Shown piece by piece: positions 1 through 14,840 of a DNA stretch of 64,000 nucleotides. Source of the DNA: the human T2T-CHM13v2.0 reference genome, Homo sapiens; assembly GCF_009914755.1 (NCBI RefSeq), contig NC_060927.1. The stretch is one strand, 5' to 3'. The number at the start of each line of letters is the position of its first letter. Within the stretch, counting starts at the first letter, position 1. The notes under the pieces are model-generated. The model searched no databases. It was not told the DNA's origin and saw nothing but the letters and a program-made list of their open reading frames with translations. Position numbers and translations under genes: made by a program.

Positions 1-1039
1 CTTTATTCATTTAATTGCTTTGTTTGGCATTTTTATTCATATGAAGCACCAAATTACTATGTTAGAACATTGGCATGATCATAGGTTTCCATAGACTATA
101 ACGGTATTATGTACATATTTTTCCAGCTGGAACTGGAAAAGTCAGACATTCTCTTTGCTTCCACTCTACAATCACTTTGCCACTTGCTGGACCTTTCTAA
201 GCCTGTGGTTAACTCTTTGAGCTCCAATATTATTTGTGATCTAGGATTTATCTTTTCAATTTCTATTAGCCTGAAGTAGGTTTCTTTTTCCTTCACAAAT
301 CGAAAATATAGCCCAAAATGCTTTATGAACTGAGATTTGGAGCAGGTATTGTGCATTTTTTTTAAGAAAACCATGTTAAATGCTGAAAATTCAAATATGT
401 AGCCTACTCTTTCACTGAACTTGTATGCTGATTCACAGTACTTTTCCTTGTCTTTTAACCTTTTCTCTCATCCCCTGCAGTGATTAGCCATAATCATCAA
501 AATTCTTTATAATATTCCTTTCAAGCCTCCACCTCCTTTAATTTTGGCACACGTTATTATCATCCCTTACCTCCTTTACACCACCAGGAAGTTCATGCAT
601 GAATACCCTTAACTCATGCTCTACAAATTCCCATAAACTTATTTGTGTCTCATCATTGTTTTTATTTCACTCACTCTTAAGTGCAAGGTCAAAGTCGATC
701 TTTATACCTGTGTCTTCATTCAATGCATTTCTCTCTTGCATTTCCTTTAAAACATAAAATTCAGGCATGAGGGCTATTTACTTGATCTCTCATACTCCCC
801 CATAAATTTATATCCATCTCATTAATCATTTCCACCTTCTTTTTAATATAGTTGTGATTCTTATTCAATCCACTACTGTCTCTTTGGAACTTTATTCCAT
901 CAATGTCTCATTGCTATTTATCAACTTTGATTTTACCTGTGTATGGATCATTCATCCCACCCATAAATATAACCAACCCCCACACACATACACCCCTACC
1001 AAGGAAACCCACCATTGACTCCACTTCCAGCTTCCAACA

Positions 1040-1368
1040 TTTTTTCAGCTTTATTGAGGTATATTGACACATATAAAGTGTATATATTCAAGGTGTACAA
1101 TGCAATGTTCTTATACATATATACATTGTGAAATGATTACCATAATGAAGCTGATTAATATATCCATCACCTCACAGAGTCAGCTTTTTATTTTTTTGTG
1201 GTGAGAATACCTAAGATCTAGTCTCTTAGCAGATTTCAAGTGTGCAATACATTAAGAAGGAAATCGTATTGTTTGGATGAACCTGGTATAAACCTGGAGG
1301 ATATTATGCTAAGTGAAATAACCTAGTCACAGAAAGACCAATACTACATGATCTCACTTACATGCGGT
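1040..1368 (-). mobile_element. Short old L1 (L1MA9/L1MB-like 3' end) with 5' inversion
   Basis: 1040-1253 is an antisense L1M 3' terminus (CAGCTTTATTGAGGTATA...); 1255-1367 is a sense L1 3'UTR piece (GAGGATATTATGCTAAGTGAAATAA...CAGAAAGAC). Flanking near-direct repeats AGCTTCCAACATTTT (1029-1043) / AGCTTCAAACTTTT (1369-1382). Confidence 0.75.
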
Positions 1369-1735
1369 AGCTTCAAACTTTTGCTGTCTTCTTTACATCA
1401 CTAATAAGCTTCTCCGAAGAGTAATATGCATAGTGACATCTCTTCTTCACTAAATACTTACTCCAATCCCCAATGCAATTGGCATACATCTCCACAACTA
1501 TGCTGAAACTGGTTTTGAACAGTCACTAATTACTTTTGAATTACTAAATCTAATGGATGGACAAATATCTATTATCTAAACATATGTAGATGTAGCTTTT
1601 GACACTTGCACTGGTTTTAAATATCTACTTCCCACCCCTCCCCATCTCCCAGTTGTACTACTCTTTTCTGATTCTTCTTTTGAACTTGTTCCATTCAAAA
1701 TGCTTGCTTTGGTGACTTTTTTTCCTTCCGTAGAG

Positions 1736-2830
1736 TGTTAGGAGATAATTCTCCATGGGTTTCTCATATTTCTGTATGTCTTATGATCAGAGGCACTGAC
1801 AGTTTTTGTTGGGAGCTATATTTTGTGGTAGGCAGAATAATGTCAACCCCTGCCTCCAACCTCAAGGAGTTCCACAGTCTAATCCCTAGAGTCTGTGAAC
1901 ATGTTCTGTTACATGGAAAACCTAAATTTTCAAATGTAATTATAACTAAGAACCTGAAAATAAGATTATCCTGGTGGATCCAATCTAACTACAGAGCCCT
2001 GAAAAGCAGAATGTTCTAGGGCTGGAAGCAGAAAAAGTCAGAGATATTCCAAGTGCTGTAAGGATTTTATGTGATATATCAAGCTATGAGGTACAGGAGT
2101 TCATGAGTTCAGGCCAGAGAGAGGTCTCTGGTTGCTAATGGCAGCCCCCAACCGATATATAGCAGGGAAATGGGGACCTAAACCCCATGATCACAGGGAA
2201 TTAAATTCTGCAACAGTCTGAATAAATACAGAAGCAAATGCTTCTCAGGACCTCTAAATAATAGCCAGCTAGCTATCCATTCATTTCAGACATGTGAAAC
2301 CTGGAGCAGAGAAGCCAGTTAAGCCAAACCAGATATCTGACCTACATAACTTTGAAATAGTAACTTTGTGCTATTTTAAGCTTCTAAGTGTGTGATAATT
2401 TGTTATAGCAGCAATAGAAAATGAACATATTTTTCAAGGATATTCATACATCAAGCAGGCTTGGAAGATGGAGATGATGTCTCCCTCCAGAGTAGGGGAC
2501 AGGTTTTTCTGCTGTCCAGCATGGTATAGATAATAGTCTAATTTACGGCAAAGTTCTGGCAGGTACACTTGCAACTATTATTAAAAAAATGAGTTTTTCT
2601 ATGTTCAAGGTTCTCAACTGGGACACAAACTCACTACATGAATAGTGCCCATCTATATTCACCCCTGCAGAACTTGGGATGCAGGAAGAATTGTTGCAAA
2701 CAGAAAGCTCATGCAATATCACCAAAGGTCCCTGTCCCCAGAATCTTGAGTGTTATGCCAACATCCATGGAATTGTGGAAGGCTTTCAAGAAGTGTAAAG
2801 TCTCCTACCCTACACATTTCTTGATACTAC
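1736..2830 (+). mobile_element. LTR40-like ERVL solo LTR, split by an MLT1 LTR
   Basis: Starts TGTTAGGAGATAATTCTCCATGGGTTTCTC and resumes after 2427 with TTTTCAAGGAT...CTTGGAAGATGGAGATGATGTCTCCCTCCAGAG, matching the recalled LTR40 consensus. 3' end approximate. Confidence 0.7.
1824..2427 (+). mobile_element. MaLR MLT1E-like solo LTR
   Basis: TGTGGTAGGCAGAATAATG start, TTTGTTATAGCAGCAATAGAAAATGAACA end, 5-bp TSD TATTT (1819-1823 / 2428-2432). Confidence 0.8.
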
Positions 2831-3024
2831 ATTCTTAAACATTGGCATAAACCAACTTCTATCTAAATATGTTATTATTCTTTTATATCACACTATCTCT
2901 AACAATCACAACTATTGTAATTAAAATTATTCCTTATATGCTCAAGTCTCCCTAAATCTATATATTTACCTTATTCATCTCTCCTTATATTCAGACAAAA
3001 GCAAGTCAATGGTCTTGGTGTATC

Positions 3025-3765
3025 AATGGGGTGGCTTATTTCCCAAGATGCTTATGATCAATTATTTTCCTCCACGTATATATATATCATTTTCTCATAT
3101 TATTTGCTAAGAAGGTAGATCTTAAGTATTGTCACCACAAAAAAAAAAAAAGAAGAAAAGAAAAGAGAGACGTAACTTTGTGAGGTGATGGATATGTTAC
3201 TTAGTATTATTTTGGTAATCATTTTTCAAGGTACATGTGTATAAAAACATCACATTGCACACTTTGAATATATACAATTCTTATTTGCTAATTATCACTT
3301 CACTGCAACTTCTCCTCCTGAATATACTCCACCTCCTATGGGAATATGGTCTTAGTGATTTGTTTGACAAATAAGATGCAGAGAAAGTGACATTGTAGGC
3401 CATCTATTTTGCAGCTTCACCTTGAATCTCTTGGAATGCTCTTTCTGTAGAAAATAAGGTATTGAATAAAATATCCAGCTACAGTGAGACCGACCACCAT
3501 GCGGTGAGGAAAACTCAGCTAGCCACATGAAGAGCTGGCCACCTAGCCATCCGATTCCAGGTAGCAGACACAAGGGAAAAAAAAAATCTTGAGCGTTCAG
3601 CCCAGTAAAGCTTTCATCCACCATCCAAAATGGTAATTGATTGAGACACTGCCAGGAGAATTACCTTGCTGGACCAAGCAACACACAAACTGTGAAAGAT
3701 AATAATGAATTATAATTTTAGTTCTTAAGTTTTGAGGTAGTTTGTTACAAACCAATAAATAACAA
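3025..3765 (+). mobile_element. Old MLT1-type LTR interrupted by an L1M 3' end (~3100-3295)
   Basis: MLT-like terminus AAGTTTTGAGGTAGTTTGTTACAAACCAATAAATAAC; inserted L1M tail TGTGAGGTGATGGATATGTT...ATATATACAATTCTTATTTG. Confidence 0.55.
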
Positions 3766-4017
3766 ACCACCATTATCTGAGTGAACTATTATAAAATCAC
3801 TTACGTACAAAGTAAAAGTAACTTCTATCACTGAATTATTCATTCTCTATCCAATATGTAATAATCAAACACCTCACACGAATTTGTATATCATTAAAAT
3901 ATCTGGATTATCCTATATTTCTTTTACATTTCAAACTACACATTTTCTTAATCTTTAGATCTTATTTGCTTTTTTGTTTAATTAATCTGCATCTTCACAT
4001 CTATTTATAAGAAAAAT

Positions 4018-4321
<304 letters not shown>

Positions 4322-5469
4322 CTAAATCATGTTCTTGATTTATGGCAAAGTTTCTTTATTTAGCCACCTTCAGACACATTATCAGATTTGTTTCCATAGT
4401 ATTTTATCAACTCTAATGAGGGTTATCCTTTTGGTAATACATTTAAGTAATTCACCAACACTAACCAGACTAATGACAAACTATTAATAAAATATTCCTG
4501 TATTATGGGCTCCCAAATCATGTAGTCATCAATGCATTCTATTTTATAGGGATCACTGTAATTGTCATTGACATAATTTACAGAATTAGCCAAACAGTAA
4601 CTTGCTATTTTCTTTAATTAATAGGAAGGGAAAAAAATGAGTAAGTATTTGTCATGACATTTTTGTTATTTTCTCTATTTACATTCTTTATATTCTCCTT
4701 CTCTTTTTGTTATTATCCCCAAGGGAGTTTTCTCTGTGAGTCTTTAAACTTATCTAGCTTATTGTACCCTTTCATAAACACAAACACACTCATTCACATA
4801 TCTGAGAAGGTTCCTGTATCACAACAAATTAATTGAATTAAAATTCAAATAACTTTGGGCATTGGTAGAGTTAGTAAGATTCAGCAAAATTACTGAGTAA
4901 CCCACTACTTGAGCTTTCTAGTATTTCAAGATTTTTGACATACTTAAAAATGTTGTCACATTATTATCAGGGCTTTGAACTGCAAGGTTTTTAGTTTTAA
5001 GAAGGCTTTAATGGGAAGAATCAACCATCATTCACTGAAATGGATAAAACTATAAAGCTAAGTTAAAAAGTAAAATTGATTTTTAAAGAGCATGAAGAAA
5101 AGTACTCTATCCAAGTAAGGATTTTTACACTGAGAAAAATGCTTCAGAAATTACCCAATGCCTAAGAAGTCTCAGGCATTTCAGAACAAGATGAGAAAAT
5201 GATTGAAAGCTCTAGAACTGAATGCCCCAAGGAAACGTTAAACTTGCAATTATATGCAAATATATTTTAGCTGTTCCTCTTTTAGCAGACACTGAAAAGA
5301 TGGATTTTTTTCTAGAGATTTTAAAAGTGGAACATCAAGGATGATTTTCTCCGTATTTCTCAACACTTGAAAGACCTCATGGTAACAGTTACAAAATAAA
5401 GAAATAATGTATACTTATACTAAAGGATTTTATTTAAATATGTATTTTAATACTGTCCAAGCATAATAT

Positions 5470-5690
5470 CCATTCATTCATTAAATCAAAATATATTTAA
5501 GACATGAAATATACTTTATATTGTTCTAGTTGCTGGAAATATACATGAATATTAAAAATGCAAAATCCTACCACTCATGTAGCTTACATAATGTTGGATA
5601 GAAACAGAAAAAGTATACAAATAAATATGTAACATTTCAGATGGTGATAAATACATGAGGTAAAGTAAAACAGTATAAGATACTAGTGAC
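5470..5690 (-). mobile_element. L2 3' fragment
   Basis: CATTCATTCATT tail followed by a decayed L2 terminus (TTGTTCTAGTTGCTGG...ACTCATGTAGCTTACAT). Confidence 0.55.
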
Positions 5691-6019
5691 AAATGGTTTA
5701 GTTGGTTTTGTACGACAGGTTAAAGAAACTAGGTTTTCTATCAACAAGTAACTGATACTATATTTCAGTATCTCAAGAAAATAAAAGCTAATTTGTGCTC
5801 TTTCTCATATTCCTAGATACATAATGTGCCCATGTTCCCACTCCTGTAAGGTAATAAGTGTGTGTTATTTTATGCAACTAAGTTTGTGGTAATATTATTA
5901 CTCTTAAAAGGAAATTACCACAGACACTTATTACAAATGTCAAAAAAGACTTTATTGAAGACTATTGCAATAGGAGAGAGAGACTGAACTCAGCCTTACT
6001 GAAACAAAAAACAGGAGAA

Positions 6020-7703
<1,684 letters not shown>

Positions 7704-9499
7704 TAGTGTGAGCTAACGGAAAAGTACTGTAGAACATTTGTAGGGAGATTGTTACTTGATTAGGCCGTCTATGTTGGTCTCTTGGTGCTTAGGCTCCTAA
7801 TCTCCAACAGAGACTGGAAGACTAGAACACTGTTTTTCTTGATTATTCCATTCTTCCTTGAAAAAGAGACTCCTAGGTAGTAGACTATTTACATCTCAAA
7901 GGTAAGAGAAAGAATTTACAATCACAAGTTTTCTAAAGTACAGGCTCTAAGAAAAGATAGGTCAGGTGCCTATAGTGAGAAAGAAAACCTAAAATTTGGT
8001 CAAGCAAAAGGGAATGTCAAAGTCACCTTGGTCGTTACACAGCAATAGATTAATAATACATTAGATTCCAGATATCATGTAACATAGCCCATCTACCTCC
8101 CACCTCCCATAGGAATTACGTATTGTTCTTATCTGTTCTGTCCTAGACAGTTACAGGACAATAAAGAAAACTTGCTTTTTTGTATTTTTGCTTTTTTAAT
8201 GTGTGGCCTCTAGGCCATTAGAAATGATCATCAAGTCATCACTCAAGTGGGACCCTGCCTTAACTTATGTTCTAACCTTATGGCTAATGAAGTTCCCATA
8301 AATGTGCCTCTTGAACTTAGCCCTCTAGAAATCCAGGCCACAGATCTTAAAATACATTAAATTCCACTGTTATTAAAATATTCATTAATCCTTCCTGAGT
8401 GAGCACTCAAGCTCACTCAGCATTGCTATCATTCAGCACTGCTACATTAGAGAAATTATTTTATTAGTCCAATTATGGTTTATTTTCCTCCAAAGTTGAA
8501 TTCTTCCAAAGTTTAACGCACCAGTATTTGGAGGAGAATTCCTGCTAACATTTTTATTTGGATTAGCAGGTACTTTTTCATGATTATAAAGAGCTTCCAG
8601 GAATTTTATTATAAATTGACTCAGACCCCTAGACCAGCTCCTGTAATCCTCTCAGAACATATCATCACATAGCACTGGAATAACTGGGCCAAGACTAATC
8701 AAGCCACTATACATGGTGTTGCATTGAATATTAATGGGATTTGTGCACCCAAAAATATTTCATGTTGCAGGAGCCTGTTATTAGAATACATTCTGTCATC
8801 AAATGAACTCCACCCAGGTAAGCTATAAAATTTTCTATAAAAATTCTCAGCTAACCTGAATAGGGATAATTTTGGTAATAAACAACAACCAAATAAAATG
8901 CAAAGTCACATCTCTTAATGATAACCTACTTTAATTTCCTCTTCCCTTAAATTCTTTCCATCTAAATTCACATCAGCTATATCAGAGGAGTCAACAAACC
9001 TTTGGCGTTTGTCATTTGGTAGCAATATTTTTTGCTTCATACCAAGGTTTCATCATGGATTGTGGCCCCAAAGAATTCAGAAGCTTTGCTGGTCAGAATT
9101 CTCCACCCTGTATGATTTATTGATATTATTTCTCTCTGCTTATTTGAAAACTAATCATAATGGTAATATAGTCTATAAAGCACAACTTGGTAGTTAATTG
9201 TTTTTGGCTACCAAAAAATTGAGTCATCAGGCAATACAACGTCATTCCCCAACCCCACCCAGATTATATTGGTGGAGTATTTATACAGGCTATGAATCAG
9301 GAGAAATCCAATATCCTTTCTGTGGAGATCTCAGTTCCTCACAGGGGCTTTCTCTCAGCGTCAGCCATTGGATATACCAGATCTGAAAGAAATAGTGGAC
9401 AGGGTTTTTCTCTGAATCTGAGAAACTCTCAAGAAAAATGACGATTGACTTCATCCTTGGAACTCTAACCCACTTAAGAGCATTTCTCTCATTTTCACG

Positions 9500-12400
9500 T
9501 TCTTCTCTGATTCTTTGTATCATCTCTTTGACCCACACCCTTTGCCTCTTGCTCAGAATTTCTCCTCCTGACTCAGCTGTACTCCATATCCATAGGGCAG
9601 ACAATACAGAAAACTGGCTAACACTTTTTTATCAGAAGCACTTGAGACAGATGTTAAAGGATTTGATTGGTTAAAAAAAAATGCAGAGCTGTCTCCATTG
9701 ATGGCCATGGAGTTGTGGTTGCAGTTAATCCAGATTTGGCTACATGGGATGAAGTGATAATACACTCTAAAATACACTTAGGAATACATGCTGTGAGGTG
9801 TAGTGTGTTTTCTGCATTTACATCAACTTCTTTGGATATACACAGGTCCACATCTGAACGTGGGAATACAGGATCAGTCAAAATCAAACAAAAATTGTGT
9901 GATATTAGAAAGAAAGTTCTGTACTTTCATGTATCCCTTCTTCAGTCTTATTACCTGATCTTTGCAACTTTTCCAGTGAAGGCCCTGACTTACTGCCCTT
10001 CATGTACAACTTGAGGACACAATCATTTAAAAATTAATCCATACTTTTAAACATTTTCATTACATATTCTGAGTAGCAGGTGCTCCTATTACCCATTTCA
10101 ATTTTAAATGAGAAAAGTGTTCTGAGAGTGTGGTAGGGAGGTTGCATCTCCTTATACTATGCTTCCTTGATTTTTCTGTTTTGGTACATTAGTAGCAGTG
10201 ATGTGTGAAAAATGATTAGAGAAATAAACTCGGGTAGTTTGAATTGGTAGATAATTTGCTCTCTCAATCTTTTAATTGTATAGTCCAAATCTGCTTCTGT
10301 TACAAGATAATCAAAGCATAAAGTAGAATAAATTAAAATCCCATTAACAACAAGTTGTAGCACCCTAGGGCTATTGGTATAGATCCAAAATAATCTGCTT
10401 GCTACATGTGGTGGTGCTTCTGACTGTGGAGAATTTTATCCCAAGCCATTGTCAAATGAGCGATCTCCTGTTGAAAATGGGTACAGTTTCTCTTCCTAAC
10501 AATAGATACATTAGGTGATGGGGGAATATGTGGAATGTGTTCCCTCTCTGTCCTTGAGTGCACAGTGTGAGTACTTGCATTTTCGCATGTTGCATAACCT
10601 AGGGAGGAAGCCTTCAAGTTCTGACAAAGCCATCGGCTGAACATCCCAATTCCTTTTTGAGTTGACAACTGATTTTTGTTTTTTTTTTATAGTTTGTTGT
10701 GTGTGATTGAGGGTAGGGGTCTGTGTGTATGTGTGTGTGTGCATGCACATACACATTTGTCTACATGAACCACTTTAATTCTTCCTGTAAATTTCCACTA
10801 CAATTTTTTTTTATTAAAAGGCCCATAGGATGGTGTTTCATTTTCTGTTTTTTAAGGTTCATTTTTCTATATTGCATGGCCATGAGCTAATGCCGAATAA
10901 TCTGTACATATTCAATCATTGTTCAAGAATTCAAGTCTAACTTCTTTTCTACTTGAAAACAAACTAAAAAGCAAAAACTACTCTTAGCTCTGACCTTCTC
11001 CTTCTAAAATTTTAACATCTGCAGGGTTTGTTGCAGTTAACTTTCAACTAACAATGAAAATTTCCATTGAAAAAACAGAAAAGCTGTTTTGTTTCAGTTG
11101 GAGAGAAGTATGTCATTCACTTTATACAGTAATGGGGTAGAAAAGTCCTTGGAGTGCTTGACAGTCAATCCTATAGGCAGTGAATTAATGGATTCATGAA
11201 CAAGGTGGATTGCTTTGAACTTTACATGCTTAGCATGCCCAGGAATGTACTACTTCCATTTTATGTGGCATCTTTGCTGGGCTGCTTCTTCTCTATTTGA
11301 ATATCTCTTACATCACCCAAGACATGATCAGTATGCCTGGCCCCCAGTTTAACTGTTGGAGCAATGTATATGAACATCCCATACCAAGATAGTGATTGTC
11401 TATGTAATGGGCTATGAAAAGCAACTGCACAGGCAGTCTTTAATTGTAAAACTCCTATGAATTGCACAGGCTAGACTGAGACTTTTATTTTAGTTGGACT
11501 TATCTGTCAGTCTCTACTTGTGGTATGGATAACCACAGTCCTTAACTCTTCCTGTGCCTCTTCTGTAGGGAGAGAAAGTCATGATATTATCAATGTAGTG
11601 CATTAACATACTTTAAATTGTTACAAAGTCCTGACTCAGTAGATTATGGCAATTCAAATATTCCCATAGCAAAACAGTAATTGTATACTAAATTTCAATC
11701 TACAAGAATGCCATGTGGTGTTGACAGGTAAAATATATTATTGATTCCATGCAATGTCTGAACATAATTATACTAAAAAGTATTGATTTTTACTTAAAAT
11801 TTAAATTCGAGTGAATGCCAGTGTTTCATTTGCTAAATCAAGCAACCCTATTTTTGTGCCTGGATGGACTCTAATAATTTGTATAGGAAAGAAAGCAAAG
11901 GCCTTTTGACCTGCTGTCCCACTTGACTAGTTGCACTTCCTATGTACCCTCCCCAATATTAAGTCCAGCTGAATCAATCTAAGAAACCATCTTGTTTAAT
12001 CCTGCTAGTCTATTGTTAACCTCCAGGAGCCATCGGTTTTGCATACTGGCCATATAGGACTGACAAAAAGGGCTTTAGGGGGACGTAAAAATACCCCTTT
12101 AATTGTTCCCTCAACCATAACAGTGAGCTCTCAATGCCTCCCTGGAACACTTTTGCTTAAACTTTGATATAGAGCAGTGATGGGACAAATTTTATATTGA
12201 GCTTGGTGAATTAACTGGTTGAAGACCACATTTAGTCTGTGGAACCTGTAAGGGAAATTATGCCCTATTTTCACTCAATAACTACTCAAGGGACTTACTC
12301 AGACAATCTGTCTGGTACCATTTTCCAAATTGTTACTCAAACTTCACTTTAGTTTTTTCTACCAAACATGTCCATGTGCTCCTAGCTTTGCCTCAGGCCC

Positions 12401-12500
12401 ATCAGAGTGCTATCTGTATCCATCAGAGGGACTACTGCAGACAGTAAGGAACCCCCATATCTAGAAGTCCTAAGGTTTGTTGCGTATCACCCCTTGAACA
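9500..12500 (-). pseudogene. Degenerate retroviral pro-pol (protease, RT, RNase H, integrase, dUTPase-like)
   Basis: Motifs as listed for the provirus. Many stops and frameshifts, catalytic D-T-G decayed to D-M-G and YIDD to YIDN, and the RT thumb region appears deleted near 11450. Confidence 0.85.
11738..11849 (-). mobile_element. MER53-like hAT MITE fragment inserted in the ERV RT
   Basis: Reverse complement starts TAGGGTTGCTTGATTTAGCAAATGAAACACTGG...TTTTTAGTATAATTATGT...TTGCATGG, like the recalled MER53. It interrupts RT between the AFF.P-like and YT.TVL motifs. Confidence 0.75.
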
Positions 12501-12699
12501 TGTCACTCAATTTTTTTGTATACAAAGGCCCTACTCAAGGGTTGGGCAAGCAAATTTAGGCCTTTCACTGATTTTTTTTTTTTATTTTTTTAGATTTTTC
12601 CTGCTTTAGAGTATAAATTTACATCCTCCTCTCCAAATCCCTGCCCATTTAATATATTTTATTCTAAATTGTAATCCTCACAATTTAATTTGAATTCCT

Positions 12700-13750
12700 T
12701 TAGGCCAAAATAAAGAAATAATATTTGATGTGGTAATTTGAGAGGTAAGTCAAGCAGATCTCTTACTTCCACACCCCATCCTACGTTGCTAATGAGCTAT
12801 AAATTCCTTAATGGGAATCCTATCAAGTTTCTCTGTTTTTATCCCATTCTTTGAAAGCCATCTAAAAGACTCCATTTAGCTTTGTTAAGTTTCCCTTGTC
12901 ATTTTCTTCTCTATCTTTTCTATTTCTTCCCATTATGTTGGCTCTTGCAAAGCTAGCATTTATTTTATCATATCATAAAACTCCCCACATAAATAACAAG
13001 TCAGTTATTACCTGCTAAATATTCGCTTGACCCCAGAAACAAGATTGTATAAGGTTTAGAAGATTGAGGAATCTTGTGTTGTTACTTTAGTTTACATAAT
13101 GGTCTCTATCAATGACATTAAATTAAGTGTGTCCCTCTTGTAATCATAAAACCAATTCAGAATTGCCTGCATTTACAATATTTCTACTGTTTTAAAAGGA
13201 GTCTGGGCAGTTACTCCTTTCAGTTTAGATCTGCCAAAAGCTTCTATTCACCAACTGTAGCAAGTTTAGAGTCATCATCTGAAAATTTCTGCTCATACAG
13301 GTTTATGTGAGGATTATTTGTCAACTTAAAGAATCTCTTCCAATCAGGATTTTCCAGAAATAGTGACCCTTCAAATCTCGCTATGGTTTATTTTAAGAAT
13401 CTATGCCAGTAAGAATTCATCAGTCTTCTGTTGTAAAGAACCCTAGTTCTTTAACAGAGTATCTTGGAATTTCATGGTCATTTAACCATGATCTTTATTC
13501 TTGTATACGTTTTTGATTCATCAGTGGTCTTAATTGAATTAATATATGAGATTAAGGTGCCAGTTGGCTATTCAGTTGTCTATGGAAGCAGCAGAAGGCT
13601 TTTCCAGTGACAGGAATTTCTGATTTTATATTTTTCATCCTATTTAGTAAGCATCTTCCAGACATCTAGTCTTTACCCTCAGGGGTATCAACGGTTAAAG
13701 AAACATTTTTTTTTTTTTTTTTTTGCTAATTTCCCTCCTGCCTAGTGACA
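12700..13750 (-). pseudogene. Degenerate class III retroviral gag
   Basis: RYSVKEL, QQKTDEFLLA*ILKI and EGSLFLENPDWKRFFKLT resemble the ERVL/HERV-S gag core. Boundaries approximate. Confidence 0.55.
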
Positions 13751-13964
13751 TATTCCTTGTCTGTTCATTTAGATGGCTCCTACAAGTCTAATTTCTCTAA
13801 GTCCACTGGCCAGGCTCTTGTAACCTATCTCAAGATTGCCACAGCTCATATCAAGGATGAGAAGACATCAACATGACATAAAATCCTCACTATGGTTTTC
13901 TGTCTCTTCCTGGTTCTTGGCTAAAGGTGACTCAGACATTTATGAACTGTGGGCTTGAAAGACA

Positions 13965-13982
13965 GTCGTGAACATAGTGCCA
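13965..13982 (-). promoter_or_regulatory. Candidate primer-binding site (tRNA-Ser-like)
   Basis: TGGCACTATGTTCACGAC lies 3 nt after a ...TTAACACA candidate LTR end; 12/18 match to TGGCGCTGTGAGCAGGAT (complement of recalled tRNA-Ser(CGA) 3' end). Confidence 0.4.
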
Positions 13983-14579
13983 ATCTGTGTTAACAAAAGG
14001 AGAGCTTGTGAAGTTCAACTTGGAAGAATCAGAGATCTTCTCCAGTATATAACTTAATTAAAAATTCAAATAATTGACATAATCATGAGATCCTGGAAAG
14101 TAATGGAGACACTTGAGAGCTCAAAAACAGCTCCCCTCTTTCTCTTTTTGTTACATTTGGATGTACTCTAGCATTTGGGGCATCACTTACCCAAAAGGGG
14201 TTTTTCAGTCATGAAAGAGCTCCATTTTGTACTTCAAATATTACATAGTAAATAGTGACATTTTCCAGTGTGTTATGTGCCCCCAAATTTATAAATTCTG
14301 TTTATTTTCATAAACAACTTAGGCAGACTTCATAAACCCTGTTGAAAGCATAGATAAGGACTCTACTATCTTGTCATTAAAGAAAAATAGCATCAGGAGG
14401 TCTGATTAGCACGTGAGAAATGAGATTTGGCTTGTTCATTTTTTTCTTTCGTTTATTTATTTTTTCTGCTCTCCTTGGGATCCTAAATGTAGGAAAGATG
14501 TTAAAGACTAGTTGTTAATTCTCTACTTTTTAATCATGCTTGGATTCAGAGGCATAAAAAAATAAAAATAATTCTTTAC

Positions 14580-14840
14580 ACATAGTTATATAGCAAACAC
14601 TTATATACCACTTATTATATGGCAGACACTAGTCTAACCACTTTTACAAATAATGTTTCATTTAATTGAATTCCACTGAACAATCTTATGAGATAGTTAT
14701 TATTTGGTCATTACTATAATCATTTTACAGATGAAGAAACAAAGACATGAGGTTAGTAACCTGCCCAAGGTAAGTAGAAGAGACAGATTTAAATATAAAC
14801 ATCTGGCTTCAGTATTCACTGTTAATCTACATGTTAAACT
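14580..14840 (+). mobile_element. MIR SINE fragment
   Basis: MIR core CATTTTACAGATGAAGAAACAAAGACATGAGGTTAGTAACCTGCCCAAGGT. Confidence 0.75.

Larger units (their letters stand above)
8085..14245 (-). mobile_element. Ancient class III endogenous retrovirus (ERV-L/HERV-S-like), near-complete, fully decayed
   Basis: Minus-strand translations give collinear motifs: gag RYSVKEL..QQKTDEFLLA*ILKI (~13390-13465); protease QTLGLLDMG (~12450-12480); RT SPIWPVCKTDGSWRLTID (~12010-12062), YTITVL..CHNL, HYIDNIM (11580-11600), ISPTKIK..VQFIG; connection IMSWV, HIKWK*YI (~11245-11330); RNase H EGEGQS, CTDYSALAHG, IKVVHVD (~10760-11005); integrase CTHFQQ..*QADYFGSIP..GILIYSTLCFDY..TIKRLREQIIYQF (~10220-10490); dUTPase-like IPKC..SSHVAKSGLT (~9720-9790); RVWVK (~9530). 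Confidence 0.85.

Noticed and set aside
1736-2830. LTR40 as the 3' LTR of the class III provirus
   Set aside because: Opposite orientation, 5 kb away, and no visible similarity to the candidate 5' LTR at 13986-14245.
9290-10014. Cluster of overlapping ORFs as host exons
   Set aside because: Explained by the decayed 3' end of retroviral pol on the minus strand.
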